This document shows positions 1 to 11,182 of a DNA stretch of 64,000 bases, one piece after another. Within the stretch, counting starts at the first letter, position 1; every line of letters starts with the position of its first letter. Both the position numbers and the translations under genes were made by a program. The stretch comes from Dimorphilus gyrociliatus (taxonomy: Eukaryota > Animalia > Annelida). A model generated the notes under the pieces. That model ran no database searches and was not told the DNA's origin. It worked only from the letters and a program-made list of their open reading frames with translations. The stretch spans positions 4,852,408-4,916,407 of the forward strand of contig CAJFCJ010000006.1 of the NCBI GenBank assembly GCA_904063045.1, in the 5' to 3' direction.

Positions 1-47
1 CCTACACTTTCCTTAAAAATCGGCCTTAAAGACTTCAGTTTGTCCAT
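1..47 (-). CDS. 5' end of a gene running off the left edge (MDKLKSLRPIFKESVG...), product unknown
   Basis: ATG at 47 on the minus strand directly follows an acceptor-like CTAACAG; candidate 5'UTR intron 49-100; divergent from TYSND1. Only 15 codons are visible. Confidence 0.3.
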   Translation of the reverse strand, partial: MDKLKSLRPIFKESV

Positions 48-330
48 TCTTGTTAGAACATAGGTCTTATTTGAAAAATGCATTGATATGTGTGTCTAAC
101 TTTTAAGTTTATCGATGGGGTTAAGTGTATTTAAGGTTAAGAGGAAAGGCGGTCAAGTGGTAAAGCGGTCTCATAAATATTCACGAAGTCTGGTTTCGAG
201 GATTGTTCTATTTATCGGGTGTATCCAGGATTCCACGTTACCAAGCGTTTCGTCTGCTACAAAGTAAAAAGAAAATAGCATGATTGTTTTTATTTTGTAA
301 TCGAGGAATTATTCATATTTATTTTAAGTA

Positions 331-2325
331 ATGGAAGTTCGTAACTACTCCTGTCTTATCGAGCTTTTAGGTGAGAGTAATGTGGCCCTTCCATCTAGTT
401 CAAGTGGGATTTTAATTGATAGCCGACTAGGAATTTTATTAACTCATGGCACCGTCCTATTTGAACACCTTTTACATAACAACGATAATCATCGGCAGCT
501 GTTGAAAAATCAAAGTGTAAACCTAGAAAAATTTAATTTACGAGCTAAAGTTTCCTTTGAAAAATTCGATAAAGATAATCAAAAGAAAAGGAGCACTTCT
601 CATATACAATTATTTAATTGTAATCAAGGAAGTAGTGTCACTCCAAGAGATAACCATTCAGCGCAAGTTCTACAGATATTTGTTTGTCCAGAATTTGTCA
701 ACGGATTGAACGATGTAGCACCGAAACATTCCGATTGGTCTTTCAACTATATTGATGACACAAGCGAAAAAGACCAATTAATCATTGATCTACTACCTAC
801 GTTTGTGTTGCTAAGAATCGATAATTGGCGTAACGAAGTTGAAAATGATTTGAAAATATCACCTATTAAACTAGTTAGAGAAGGTTTAGAAGTATATTCA
901 GTTGCTACTCCGTTTGCTAATCTTAGTCCAGGAGTATTCTTAAACTCTATTAGTCGGGGAATCATATGTAAAGCTACTGGAAAGCACAAGAGTGTCTTAC
1001 TGACCGACGCTAGATGTGTACCAGGAACCGAAGGTGGACCATTATTCGACAAGCAAGGGTAGGACATTCTAAATATTACATATGTTTACAGTTTAACCTA
1101 CTAATCTCCTTTCAGACGCTTGATAGGCTTAATTGCTTCGTCACTCTGCTGGAAAGGTGGAGAGTTTACCGGTTTGGCCATTGCTTGCTCAATTCAGAGT
1201 CTTCTTCGTTCACTTCCGTTATATAGAGCCATAACGAATATTATAAGGGAAGAGGACGTTGAATTCAGCCATGATCAACAAACATTCTTAGTAGAGAAGC
1301 TATCGAAGAGTGTTGTATACGTTAAATGTGGGGCTCTGAGTGGATCTGGAGTTGTGATCGAGCCTCAGATGGGTTTGATCGCCACTTGCAGACATGTGGT
1401 TGCCCAGTCGGCCTATAATCCTAGTTAGTAAAAGATATAATACAATTTGTATCTTGGAATATTTAACGAGTTAAAACGATTTCATTAAAAATAGCCAAAG
1501 TTAAATTAAGCGACGACTGTGATTGGTTTGAAACTGATGTGATATTTTCGACAAATTCTTCGAGTCCATACGATTTTGCACTGCTCAAAGTAAAACATTT
1601 TGTTGATTTGCCACTTTTGCCAAGCGTTCAAGTTGAAAATAATCCATTTGAAGGTAAAGTAATGTTCTAAAAACTCGTTCAAGATTTATAAGGTCTCAAT
1701 TAAAAACATTCTATTTTATTAATAAATAAAGGAGAAGAACTATTTATGATTGGACACGCTTTGTTAGAGGATAAAGCAAAATATTCACCTATTGTTAGTA
1801 CTGGCTGTCTGGCGAAGTTAGTCTGTCAAGATTCCCTTCCGGTAATGATTCAAAGTACAACAGTTATACTACCAGGTGCGAGTGGGGGAGCACTTTTCGG
1901 TAAAAATGGGCATTTAGTAGGACTAATAGTCTCAAATTCAAAGTAAATACATTCAATAAATACTTGATAATTTATATTCTGTAAAAAATCTAAACTTGAT
2001 ATTCAGAGATACGGAAAATAATGTCAACTATCCCCAAGTAAACTTGAGCATTCCTTTTGTAACTCTTTGGCCATATATTGAAGCATATAAAGAAACTAAA
2101 GGTAGGAGAACTATCTTTTCAAATATATTTCTAAATATATATATATATTTTTTTTCAATGTATAGATATGCAGCATTTAGAACTCTTGAACACTGCAAAT
2201 AATCTCTTAAAGGAACTTTGGTCTCTTCAATCAAAAGGTTAGTTTTCAATTTATTAATGTCATCGTTCTTCTCATACTTTCATTTTTATTTTAAAGCAAG
2301 TAAAGTATTAAAGAGCAAATTGTGA
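331..2325 (+). CDS. TYSND1: Peroxisomal leader-peptide processing protease (trypsin domain-containing 1), multi-exon
   Basis: Two trypsin-like domains: N-terminal PGTEGG (inactive type) and C-terminal triad TCRHVV / PYDFALL / PGASGG. Introns include 1059-1115, 2102-2165 and 2238-2296. The spliced C-terminus reads ...ELWSLQSKASKVLKSKL* (PTS1). Confidence 0.9.
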
Positions 2326-2882
2326 ACAAAAACATATAGAATGAGGTGCTCAATCCTTCTCACTGTGATGATGATGAAGAGTTATATACATTTTAAAAAT
2401 CAAATGTCAAATATATATATATCTTACACCCTAATGAATGATAATAGTAATAATAATATTTTTCCTTTCTGCTTGTTATATTTAAACGAAAATGTTGAAT
2501 ATTTGTTTGGAAGTAAAAGTTTTGGGTTTTATCTTTTTTTTTAAAGAAAAAAAGTGTAACCTTTTAAACAGTTTTCTAACATAAGCAATTGAAACTATTT
2601 ATAATTCCACTATTACATTTGACTCTTTTTCTTTAACTATCTGTCTGTGACTTTCTCTCTCTCCCCATCTCCATCAATCGACAGTTCTAACTTTTAGATT
2701 TCTATCAATCCTTTGTTATTTGATTCATAATGATTATATATTTCCTTTATTCATGTAATTTTTTTGTTTTGTTTCTCTTTCAAAAACTATTCATGCAGAT
2801 GTTCATAATTCGATCATAAAAAAAATAGAAAATTAGCCGGAAAAATGAAAACAATTAACCTTATTCCAATAAATTAATAATT

Positions 2883-4036
2883 TTAATTAAAGTTAAGTTT
2901 TAGAACGTAAAATAAAATTAGCCAAAGTAGAGTTGATTTTAAAATATCTCCTGAATTTGGTTGATAAAGATTACAACTTGAACCCGGTTGGCATTTCATC
3001 ATAGCTTCAACTTCCGATTGATTGTCAATGCAGCCATCAATTTTATTTTTCATAATTGCTTTCAAAGCTTTTATGCTTTCATCATTTGAGCAGACTGTGT
3101 TACTTCTGTGTTGAAAACATTATACTTGATAATTGATATTAGAAAACTGGTATTAATCTTACTTTGCGTTGAATATCATTATTTTCAATTTGATGTTTAA
3201 TTTTTGTAGTTCTCTTATTTCTACTCTTCCAAACACTCTAAATATTTGAAATGGCTTAATATTAAATATGCCATATATAGATATATAGAAAATTATTTTT
3301 CAATTACAAACCCTCCCGAATTGAATACTGTATCTTTTCTACCGTTCAATATAACATGGGCTCTCTCACCAATAGCAAGACTAGCCAATCTACGCGAAAT
3401 TTGGTCCCAATAAGAGCCTTGAGCAGAGTGATAATAGGGTGTACATGATGTACAATTTCGACCAAATTGTGCAGGTTTATCCGGATTCGAGCACCAAGTT
3501 AAATCATCCAACGCATAACCTAATAAAAGATCGTTTATAGCTGTAAATCGACCATATTTAGAGCGAACATCCTGCTTAAACCTCCCTCCAAATCCACTCC
3601 AAAGTAACAACTTAAGAGGATAATTGAAAGGTAATAAACGAAAAGCAAGTTTGACGAAATACTTACGTCATTCTCTTTTGTTATCGGATTAGCGAAATTA
3701 ATTACCAGTTGATAATTATGATTGTTACTATTGCAATTACCACGACCAAGACCTTGTTTAAAGAGGTTCAAAAATTGATTGCACTGAACTTTCGATTTCC
3801 TTATCCTAATTAGACAGATAAAATGAGTAAAGAAGTTTTAATTGAAACCATAATAACAAAGGTAAGAAGCAAAAGAATAAATTGGAAATGGGAAAACTTG
3901 ATACAAACTTTAGACATCTATTCACAATGATTCGGTCAATGTTTTGCGTAGTAGTCGATGAACTTAATTCGTTAGCGTTACATGTTTTATAGGAAAAGTA
4001 GACAAGGAAAAATAGGTAGAAATTCTTTATAAACAT
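2883..4036 (-). CDS. ADP-ribosyl cyclase / NAD glycohydrolase (CD38/BST1 family), signal peptide and probable GPI-anchor tail
   Basis: Motifs LLWS, LLGYALDDLTWC, YWDQISRRLA, HVILNG and catalytic FGRVEI align with CD38/Aplysia cyclase. Hydrophobic N-terminus from ATG 4036 and hydrophobic C-terminus (STLLWLILFYVLKLNFN). Confidence 0.85.
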
Positions 4037-4553
4037 TCCTTCTAGCCTAAACAATTAGACTGTGTTCACTGAAAGATAGTAATATCAAAACTGAGTCTAA
4101 AGAAAAGATTAGATTACGTTAATTTTTCTTTTCATTATAGTTCTTCATATTGCTTTTTAATTCGAATAAAAAACTGCAATATAATGATAAGAAGCTCATA
4201 GAAAAATAAACAATGTATTAACTATATCAGATAAATAATATCAAGTATTGAAATAATGTCTGATGTACGATGATAATATCAATTAACAGTGTCAGTATGT
4301 TACGGATTATCAGAACTATAGAAAATTAGTAAACAATTGAATACCAAACAATTTAATTATTAGTTAATTAAAGCTTTATTTATAGTTTAAAGTAGTCAGC
4401 ATATTTCCTTTGAAACTTTGAAATAGTATTTCCTATTAAGTTTAAAGAATATAATATTTCCCGCTTCATCAACTTCCGGTAGCATGTGTTGTCAAGGCCG
4501 TTTAAAATAAAATTTTTTTTTTCTAGCGATAATATCAGAGATAAAAAAAAGTT

Positions 4554-6379
4554 ATGCTAAAAGTAAGCTCCTTGTTAAATATAGCGACCAAACTAAAAAA
4601 TGTCTGCTCAATCGTTAATATGGTAAGAAATAATAGTTTGCATATGATACATTATCCTGAACAAATTAGGATTAATTTACAAGAATCATCTGCAGGCAGG
4701 ATACAGACAGTATAGCCAAAATCGAGAAGCTGTAGTTTTTCCAGGCATACAAAGCCATTATACCGAAGAAATGGTATTTAGCGATATACAAAATGAGGAA
4801 AAGATGGATACATTCCGTATTATGAATTTAAAAGGCAAAGTTATAAATAAAACAATGGAGCCTGATGTACGATTTTTGGATAAAGCTAATAAAATAATCA
4901 TAAAATATTGATTTAATTATTTTATCTAATAACACAGCTTTCCAATGAAACATTAGTAAAGATGTATAAACACTGCATTATTCATAAACATATGGATAAA
5001 ATTATGCATGAACTGCAAAGGCAAGGACGAATATCATTTTATATGACAAGTCGGGGAGAGGAAGTTTTACAAACCGGTTCAGCAGCTGGTTTCCATCCTG
5101 AAGATTTGCTATTTGGTCAATATAGAGAGGCTGGAGTTATATTTTGGAGGGGCTTTTCTGTTTATGATATGATTTCACAATGTTATAGTAATAATTCTGA
5201 TCTATTGAAAGGAAGGAATATGCCCGTTCACTATGGAAGTAAAGAACACCATTTTGTACCCATGTCGTCTTGTTTGGGAACGCAAATTCCTCACGGTTTG
5301 ATTGCTTTTTCTCAATTGAAACACAATACAAAAAAAAAATCCCGTCAAAAAAACCAAAACAAAAACGCGCGCAAAAATCAGACAATGGACACGAAATAAC
5401 AATCCCTATTATTTATTAAAATAATATAGACTTATGAAATTATTCAATCATTTTGAACATTCTATTACAGCTGTTGGAGTTGCCTATGCAAACAAAATTA
5501 AAAATAAGAACCTCTGCTCTGGTGTATATTTTGGCGAAGGTGCCTCGTCGGAAGGTGATGCTCATGCCGCTTTCAATTTCGCTGCCGTTTTGAAATGCCC
5601 CGTTATTTTTATATGGTAGGCATATTGTCTATCATGTGCTCATTGAAACTTAATTACAGCTAATGATTATAATTTAAACTAAAAAAATTCTCTTTTCTAA
5701 TATTTAACTGTTTATTTTTCAAATCTTATTCCACTTTCTCCGTCTTTAATTCTACCTACCATATCTACAGCCGAAACAATGGTTACGCAATATCTACACC
5801 TACCAAAGATCAATACTCGGGTGACGGACTAGGTAGGCCTATATTGATTGACGATATTTTTTTCACTAACAACAATTTTAAATCGAACCAGCTGCTAGAG
5901 CTAAATCTTATGGAATATCAACGATTAGAGTTGATGGAAACGACATATTAGCTATGTACGCCGCAACAAAACAAGCAAGAGAGTTAGCGGTTAAGAAAAA
6001 CAAGCCCTACTTTATAGAGGCTTTGGCCTATAGACTAGGAGACCATAGTACATCGGACGATAGTACTGTATATAAAAATGCCGAAGAGCAAGAGTATTGG
6101 CTAGTACAAGGGGATCCAATTCCTAGATTTCGTAAATATTTACAAGATAAAGGCCTATGGGATGATAAAACGGAAGAATCATTCAATAAAGAGGCTAAAA
6201 AGGAGGTCCTAACAGCTTTTAAGAAAGCCGATAAACAATTAAAACCAAATCCCAATTTTATGTTTACCGACGTTTACAAAGAAATGCCAGAAAGATTGCA
6301 AAATCAGCATCAAGATTGGAGAAAACATATTTTAGAAAATGCCGATAAATATCCATTGGCCAACCATGATCAATTTTAA
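4554..6379 (+). CDS. BCKDHA: Branched-chain 2-oxoacid dehydrogenase E1 alpha subunit
   Basis: [24 protein letters not shown], ThDP motif [11 protein letters not shown]...[10 protein letters not shown], and [10 protein letters not shown]. Exon 1 (4554-4622, [23 protein letters not shown]) resembles a mitochondrial presequence and splices to 4696. Confidence 0.92.
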
Positions 6380-6750
6380 CATAAAAAATGAATAAATTAG
6401 AAACAACAACATGAAATAAGAACACTAATTAAACTAATGACAATGACAACAAAATAACACTAGATAAACAAATAGAACAAGGGGTATATGTATATCTATG
6501 CAAATATATAGATTAACTTGAATTTAATACATAATTTTCATATAAAAAATATATACAGTATTCAAGTTATTGCTAATTATTAGTATATTATTATAATTTA
6601 TTCATATAATATACACTTTAAATGTGTATAAGTAAGATAAGAATTGTTGGAATTTATTTAGTTTGTTCAAGTTTTTAGTTTAAAAAAACGAAATGTAGGA
6701 CATGGAAAAATTTTTTATTTATTTTTTATTTTTTGTTTTTGAACGTGGAC

Positions 6751-6787
6751 GGGGCGGACGGAGGGGTGGAATGGGGGGGGGGGAGGG
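6751..6787 (+). other. G-run tract (G4, G4, G11, G3), potential G-quadruplex upstream of the Fox gene
   Basis: ggggcggacggaggggtggaatgggggggggggaggg within otherwise AT-rich DNA. Confidence 0.5.
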
Positions 6788-7025
6788 AGAGGCGGTACTG
6801 TATAGTGGATAAAATTTTTGGGCGGGTGGCCGAAATCAATTAGAGAATAGAAGGCAATAAAGACAACGGAATAATTTCAATGTCAGCGTTGGCTGACGCT
6901 AAACTCTGAATTGTTTAGTGACGGTTAATTTATTTAATCTAACCGATTTCTATTGTTCGTTGGCCGTATGCCAGCGTTAGATGAACTGTTTGCCCGTAAA
7001 CGCTCAAACGCTTTTTTTTCACCTT

Positions 7026-7062
7026 TATAAAAGTACTCGAACGGACGCATTCCAAGTCATTC
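7026..7062 (+). promoter_or_regulatory. TATA box plus initiator-like element of the FoxQ2-like gene
   Basis: TATAAAA at 7026-7032 and TCATTC at 7057-7062 (about 30 nt apart); ATG at 7084. Confidence 0.55.
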
Positions 7063-7083
7063 AACGATTGGACACTGTTAAGG

Positions 7084-7803
7084 ATGTTTAGCCCCATCTC
7101 ATATCCCTACAACTCTGTTTCTTCTTATTATTATGGAGATATGTATAATATACAACCGACGGAACTTGTTCAAGAGGAGCCCTTGGATCTGAGTATTAAG
7201 AAAAGTAATTCAGCTGTAGAATTACACGAAGAAGAGGAGATAATCGATGTTGTTGGAGAAGGAAATGATATTACCGAAGAGGAGGAGGACGAAAGAAGCG
7301 ACCAGTCGTTCTCGGTGTCGCCAAGATCTTTAGAGCTCAGTCATTCACCTCCAGACATTGGACGAAGTAACAATTCGATAACTTATTCTCCTCCAACAAT
7401 CGGTAACGTTAATAACAACAACTACCATGGAAAAGAACTACATAACGGTCACCACCACCAACATCAACACTCTTCAACTTTATCTCGAAGGAGACAGTTA
7501 CCGAGTTATTCCAACGTTATTGCTGAAATACTCATGTCGTCTCGTGACCCGCTTCCACTGTCTGCCATCTACAAGATTTTCGTAGAAAAACAGCCAAAGT
7601 TTCTCAACGTCCTTGAACCTCATGGTCTAAAGGCTAATGTTAGAAGGGAATTATGCGTCAATGCAGGATTTATCAAAGTCGGTAAAGCAGCAAACGCCAA
7701 AGGAGCTTTATGGACTGTTCATCCTGTGGCCAGACAATTATTTAATCGTGGAGTTTTTTCCAAGACCCTTGTAAATAGGACTCTAAATAGTCCTTATCTT
7801 TAA
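7084..7803 (+). CDS. Single-exon divergent forkhead transcription factor, FoxQ2-like, with PLDLS CtBP motif
   Basis: C-terminal PSYSNVIAEILMSS...LPLSAIY...FIKVGKAANAKGALWTVHP...FNRGVF follows the forkhead fold. The wing segment resembles FoxQ2 (FIKAGRSANGKGHYWAIHP). PLDLS at 7180-7194. Confidence 0.75.
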   Translation: MFSPISYPYNSVSSYYYGDMYNIQPTELVQEEPLDLSIKKSNSAVELHEEEEIIDVVGEGNDITEEEEDERSDQSFSVSPRSLELSHSPPDIGRSNNSITYSPPTIGNVNNNNYHGKELHNGHHHQHQHSSTLSRRRQLPSYSNVIAEILMSSRDPLPLSAIYKIFVEKQPKFLNVLEPHGLKANVRRELCVNAGFIKVGKAANAKGALWTVHPVARQLFNRGVFSKTLVNRTLNSPYL

Positions 7804-7916
7804 ATATGTACAAAAAAAGAACACTCTCAAAAAAATGAAATCGTCGTTACCCCATTGTTTTGTCATCTTTATTATTATACAATTTGTTTTTGTTTTATTG
7901 AATATTCTTCCAATTT

Positions 7917-9880
7917 TTAACTTGTTTTCGATTTCTCGAAACAGTTCATGAAATTTCGAAGTTTAAATAAGCCTTCATCTACAGTTAAATCTCCTTTCAT
8001 CCAGGTAACTATGGGAGAACTTTGTTCCAAAACGAACTCTCTAAACTTCTCCCATGTGACCTTGACCGTTAAATTAACAGTCAGGTGATTCTGTTTTTCC
8101 TTCGAATTTTCAACTAGTATAACTCCGTTCCTAATTTGTACATAAATATATTCTTTATAATCAGGAAAATAGAACTCAGCGATGTCAGTTAAATGTCCAC
8201 ATTCTTCAATATTAAATTTAAATCTAAATAAGTTGAACAAAGTTGCCGGTTTCATCGAGTTAACGGCGCTTATTTGCCTTTGTTTTGGTATATGCGTATC
8301 TATAAGCCCGGCTTGTTCTAGAGCTGTTGTTAGATAATAATTTCGAGAATTGGCGCTTGTTTGACGAGCTGCGAAGGCTTTAAGAGCCTCTAGCCTAATT
8401 GATTTAGCCTCTGTATCAGTGGGATGAACGTTAAGAACGTGAGTAGACAATTCTAAAGCCCACCGTAGATCGTTGACTAACGCCTTTCTAGCTGCTAAAT
8501 TTGCGTAATATGCACCCCCGGCTAATTGAATGATCCTCTCGCTCCTTTCATCTCTGGTAAGTGGATCAAGATTTGAAATATCTCCGTCAAACCAGCCTAT
8601 ATAATGAGCATAGACCGCTTTAGATGACCAAAACACGCTACCATAATATTCTGTAAGCCAATCAGTTTTGAGTGATGCCGTTAATTTGACACGACGAGCT
8701 ATATCATCAGGGTGCATGTCTTTATTCATCCAACGAACTGTTTGATCGTGTACTAATTGAATGGCGTCTCGATACTTTGTTAATAGATTGTAAATTTCTT
8801 CCTCGCCAACAATTGGTTTCGTATGGCTAGGTATCAAGTATTTTGGTCTAAGAGCTCTTATCTTATCTAACGATTTAGCCCATTTCATTACATCTCTACT
8901 AGGAGTTCCTCTTATGGCATAAAGATTGGGAAATGATCTATAAAAGTCGTCTGCGCAGAAAAATGCTTTCCATTCTTCTACCCATACACCAATCTGATCA
9001 GGAGTCTCGCCAGGTATGTGTACCAACTTAACTCTTAAACCAGCTATGATTTCGTCACTTTCATCTCGTTTTAATAGTCTATTTGGAGGAATGTAGCCAA
9101 ATGTAGCATCTATACGAACTTCCGGACCAATGCCTGAATTGATATGATACGGTTTAGGTAATAAAATTCCAAATTGTCTTATCGCTCTTCGAAATATTGT
9201 GTCCGAAGTAACTAAATAACGTTCCATCTGATCAATTAACATTTCGTGAGCCCAAATTTCAACGTTTTTCGAAGAATTACGTAAAAATGCTTCAGCTCCC
9301 ATCACGTGATCTGCGTGATTATGGGTGTAGATAATAGCTTTGATTTCTCCAACATCTACAGTCTTGGAAAATGCTTCTAGAATTTTTTCAGCTGAATCAA
9401 TGCTCTCAGTCGTGTCAATTATGATACTCCCCCGAGGAGCTTTGATGAGAATAGAATTGGCCAACGCAAACCCTATAGCCATATAGATATTGTCTGTTAC
9501 CTAGGGATAATTTGTTATATTTAGCTATTTATTCATTCACAAACAATAACAACACAAAGAAATTACCTTGTATATTATTGGTTCTGAAAATTCTAAAGAG
9601 TGTTCCTTAAGTTTGTCGTGAGCATCAACGTCTCCCAAAAGCTTATTTACATGATTTGGCGAAGGGGATAGTAAAAAGTATAAACATAAAACGGCTACAA
9701 TGCAAAATGAAGCTGCTCCAATTTTATCCCAGTGGCTAAGAGGAGGAGTTCCTTGCTGTAATTGAACAAAATATATACCTTATAAATAATATAAATACGT
9801 ATAGTTTTTCAATTGTGTTTTTGTATACAAACCGTAAAAAAAAAAGCCCTTTTCTTTCGTTCTGTGCTTAGTTCTACCAT
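7917..9880 (-). CDS. Alkyl/aryl sulfatase (SdsA1/BDS1-type metallo-beta-lactamase fold with SCP-2-like C-terminal domain) with N-terminal membrane anchor
   Basis: YTHNHADH (HxHxDH), GETPDQ, FPNLYAIRGT, IPSH, YYGSV, Y.GWFDG motifs. Exons 9833-9880, 9567-~9755 (hydrophobic IGAASFCIVAVLCLYFLL) and 7917-9500. Confidence 0.85.
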
Positions 9881-10616
9881 ACTGAGCTTTTCTTTAGATC
9901 CTACAGCAATTATTGATCCTTTTCTCCTTGGATTTTATAAGAAAAAAACTAGCTGTAATGAATAGAAATCAAGTCATCTACTCAGACAGATTAAACTGCC
10001 ACAGTATTTGAACTGATATTTCTAATGAACAACTTATCTTACATATTGGACTATAGGCTTAATTCTCATAAAAATCAGTTTAAAGACAACCTGATTAAAG
10101 CGAAATCCATAGAAAAAGATTAATATCTAATGGTGGATGTAAACTATTAGTAATGATAGTGCTCTACTTAATTTATCATATCAAAAAAAATTAGATATAG
10201 ACATTACCGAAAAAAAGGACAAGTTCGTATATATCATCAATATCTATCCATCTATTTTATCGTTAACATAGAATTTGTAGAACGATGTTTCGATATGAGA
10301 AATTAGTATTCATCAGTCTCTCTTTACGTTCAATGTTCTAAAATATTATTTTTTTTTTAAATGAGAAAAAAAATGATCTATATTCTTGTTTCGATGTCCT
10401 TATATGTTCCATTCTTCTTTTACTATATATAACGATACCTTTATGTAACTTTTGTCTAACAAAACTTTCTTAGGTAGAAAATATTTTTAGGTATATTTTG
10501 CCTTTTATTTAGCATAGAAGAACTTTTTTAATTCAGTCAAATTGCTCTACCGAATGAACAACATTATCAGGATCCCGGACTATTTTTATTCAAATGTTTT
10601 CCGTCTTGTATATATA

Positions 10617-10620
<4 letters not shown>

Positions 10621-10650
<30 letters not shown>
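10621..10650. repeat. (TA)15 microsatellite
   Basis: Directly visible, with imperfect TA flanks. Confidence 0.95.
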
Positions 10651-10651
<1 letters not shown>

Positions 10652-11182
10652 TGTATATATATCCTTTATATAAATATATATAAATTATATATAAATAAAA
10701 TATACATACATATAGATATATAGTTTGTAATATTTTGAAATTAATAATTTGCAATTACAAAAAGAAAGTTGTGAGGCGATAATAGAGTAGTTTAAAAATT
10801 CAATAAACAAATTAAGGGTGAGCACTTAGAAATATCCATTGCAAGGTCGTTGTCTAGTGTTTATCCTAAGTATTAAATATATTTAAATTTTTATTAATAT
10901 TAAGTATTGACTAAATATTGGGGTGTAATTGATTAAAGTTATGGGTTAGAAGTAGTCTCTTTTTGGCGCGAAAGAATAAAAGGGTGATAAAAAGTACTAT
11001 TTTACAGGTTAAAAGGAATTCACTTATTTATAACAAAATTTATTCTTTTTGCGTATCAATAAGATAACAATAGAATTTTATCAGTTCGTCTAAAATTGCG
11101 CTTTATAAAGTATACCATAAAGCATTGATAATACTGAAAAGATTAGGCTTCCCTTTCGTGTTAACATTGGTAAGATCACAAA

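Noticed and set aside
5297-5470. Lys/Asn-rich tail of ORF 4962-5399 as a BCKDHA insertion
   Set aside because: It is intron sequence read through in the unspliced frame; splicing restores GTQIPH-AVGVAYA.
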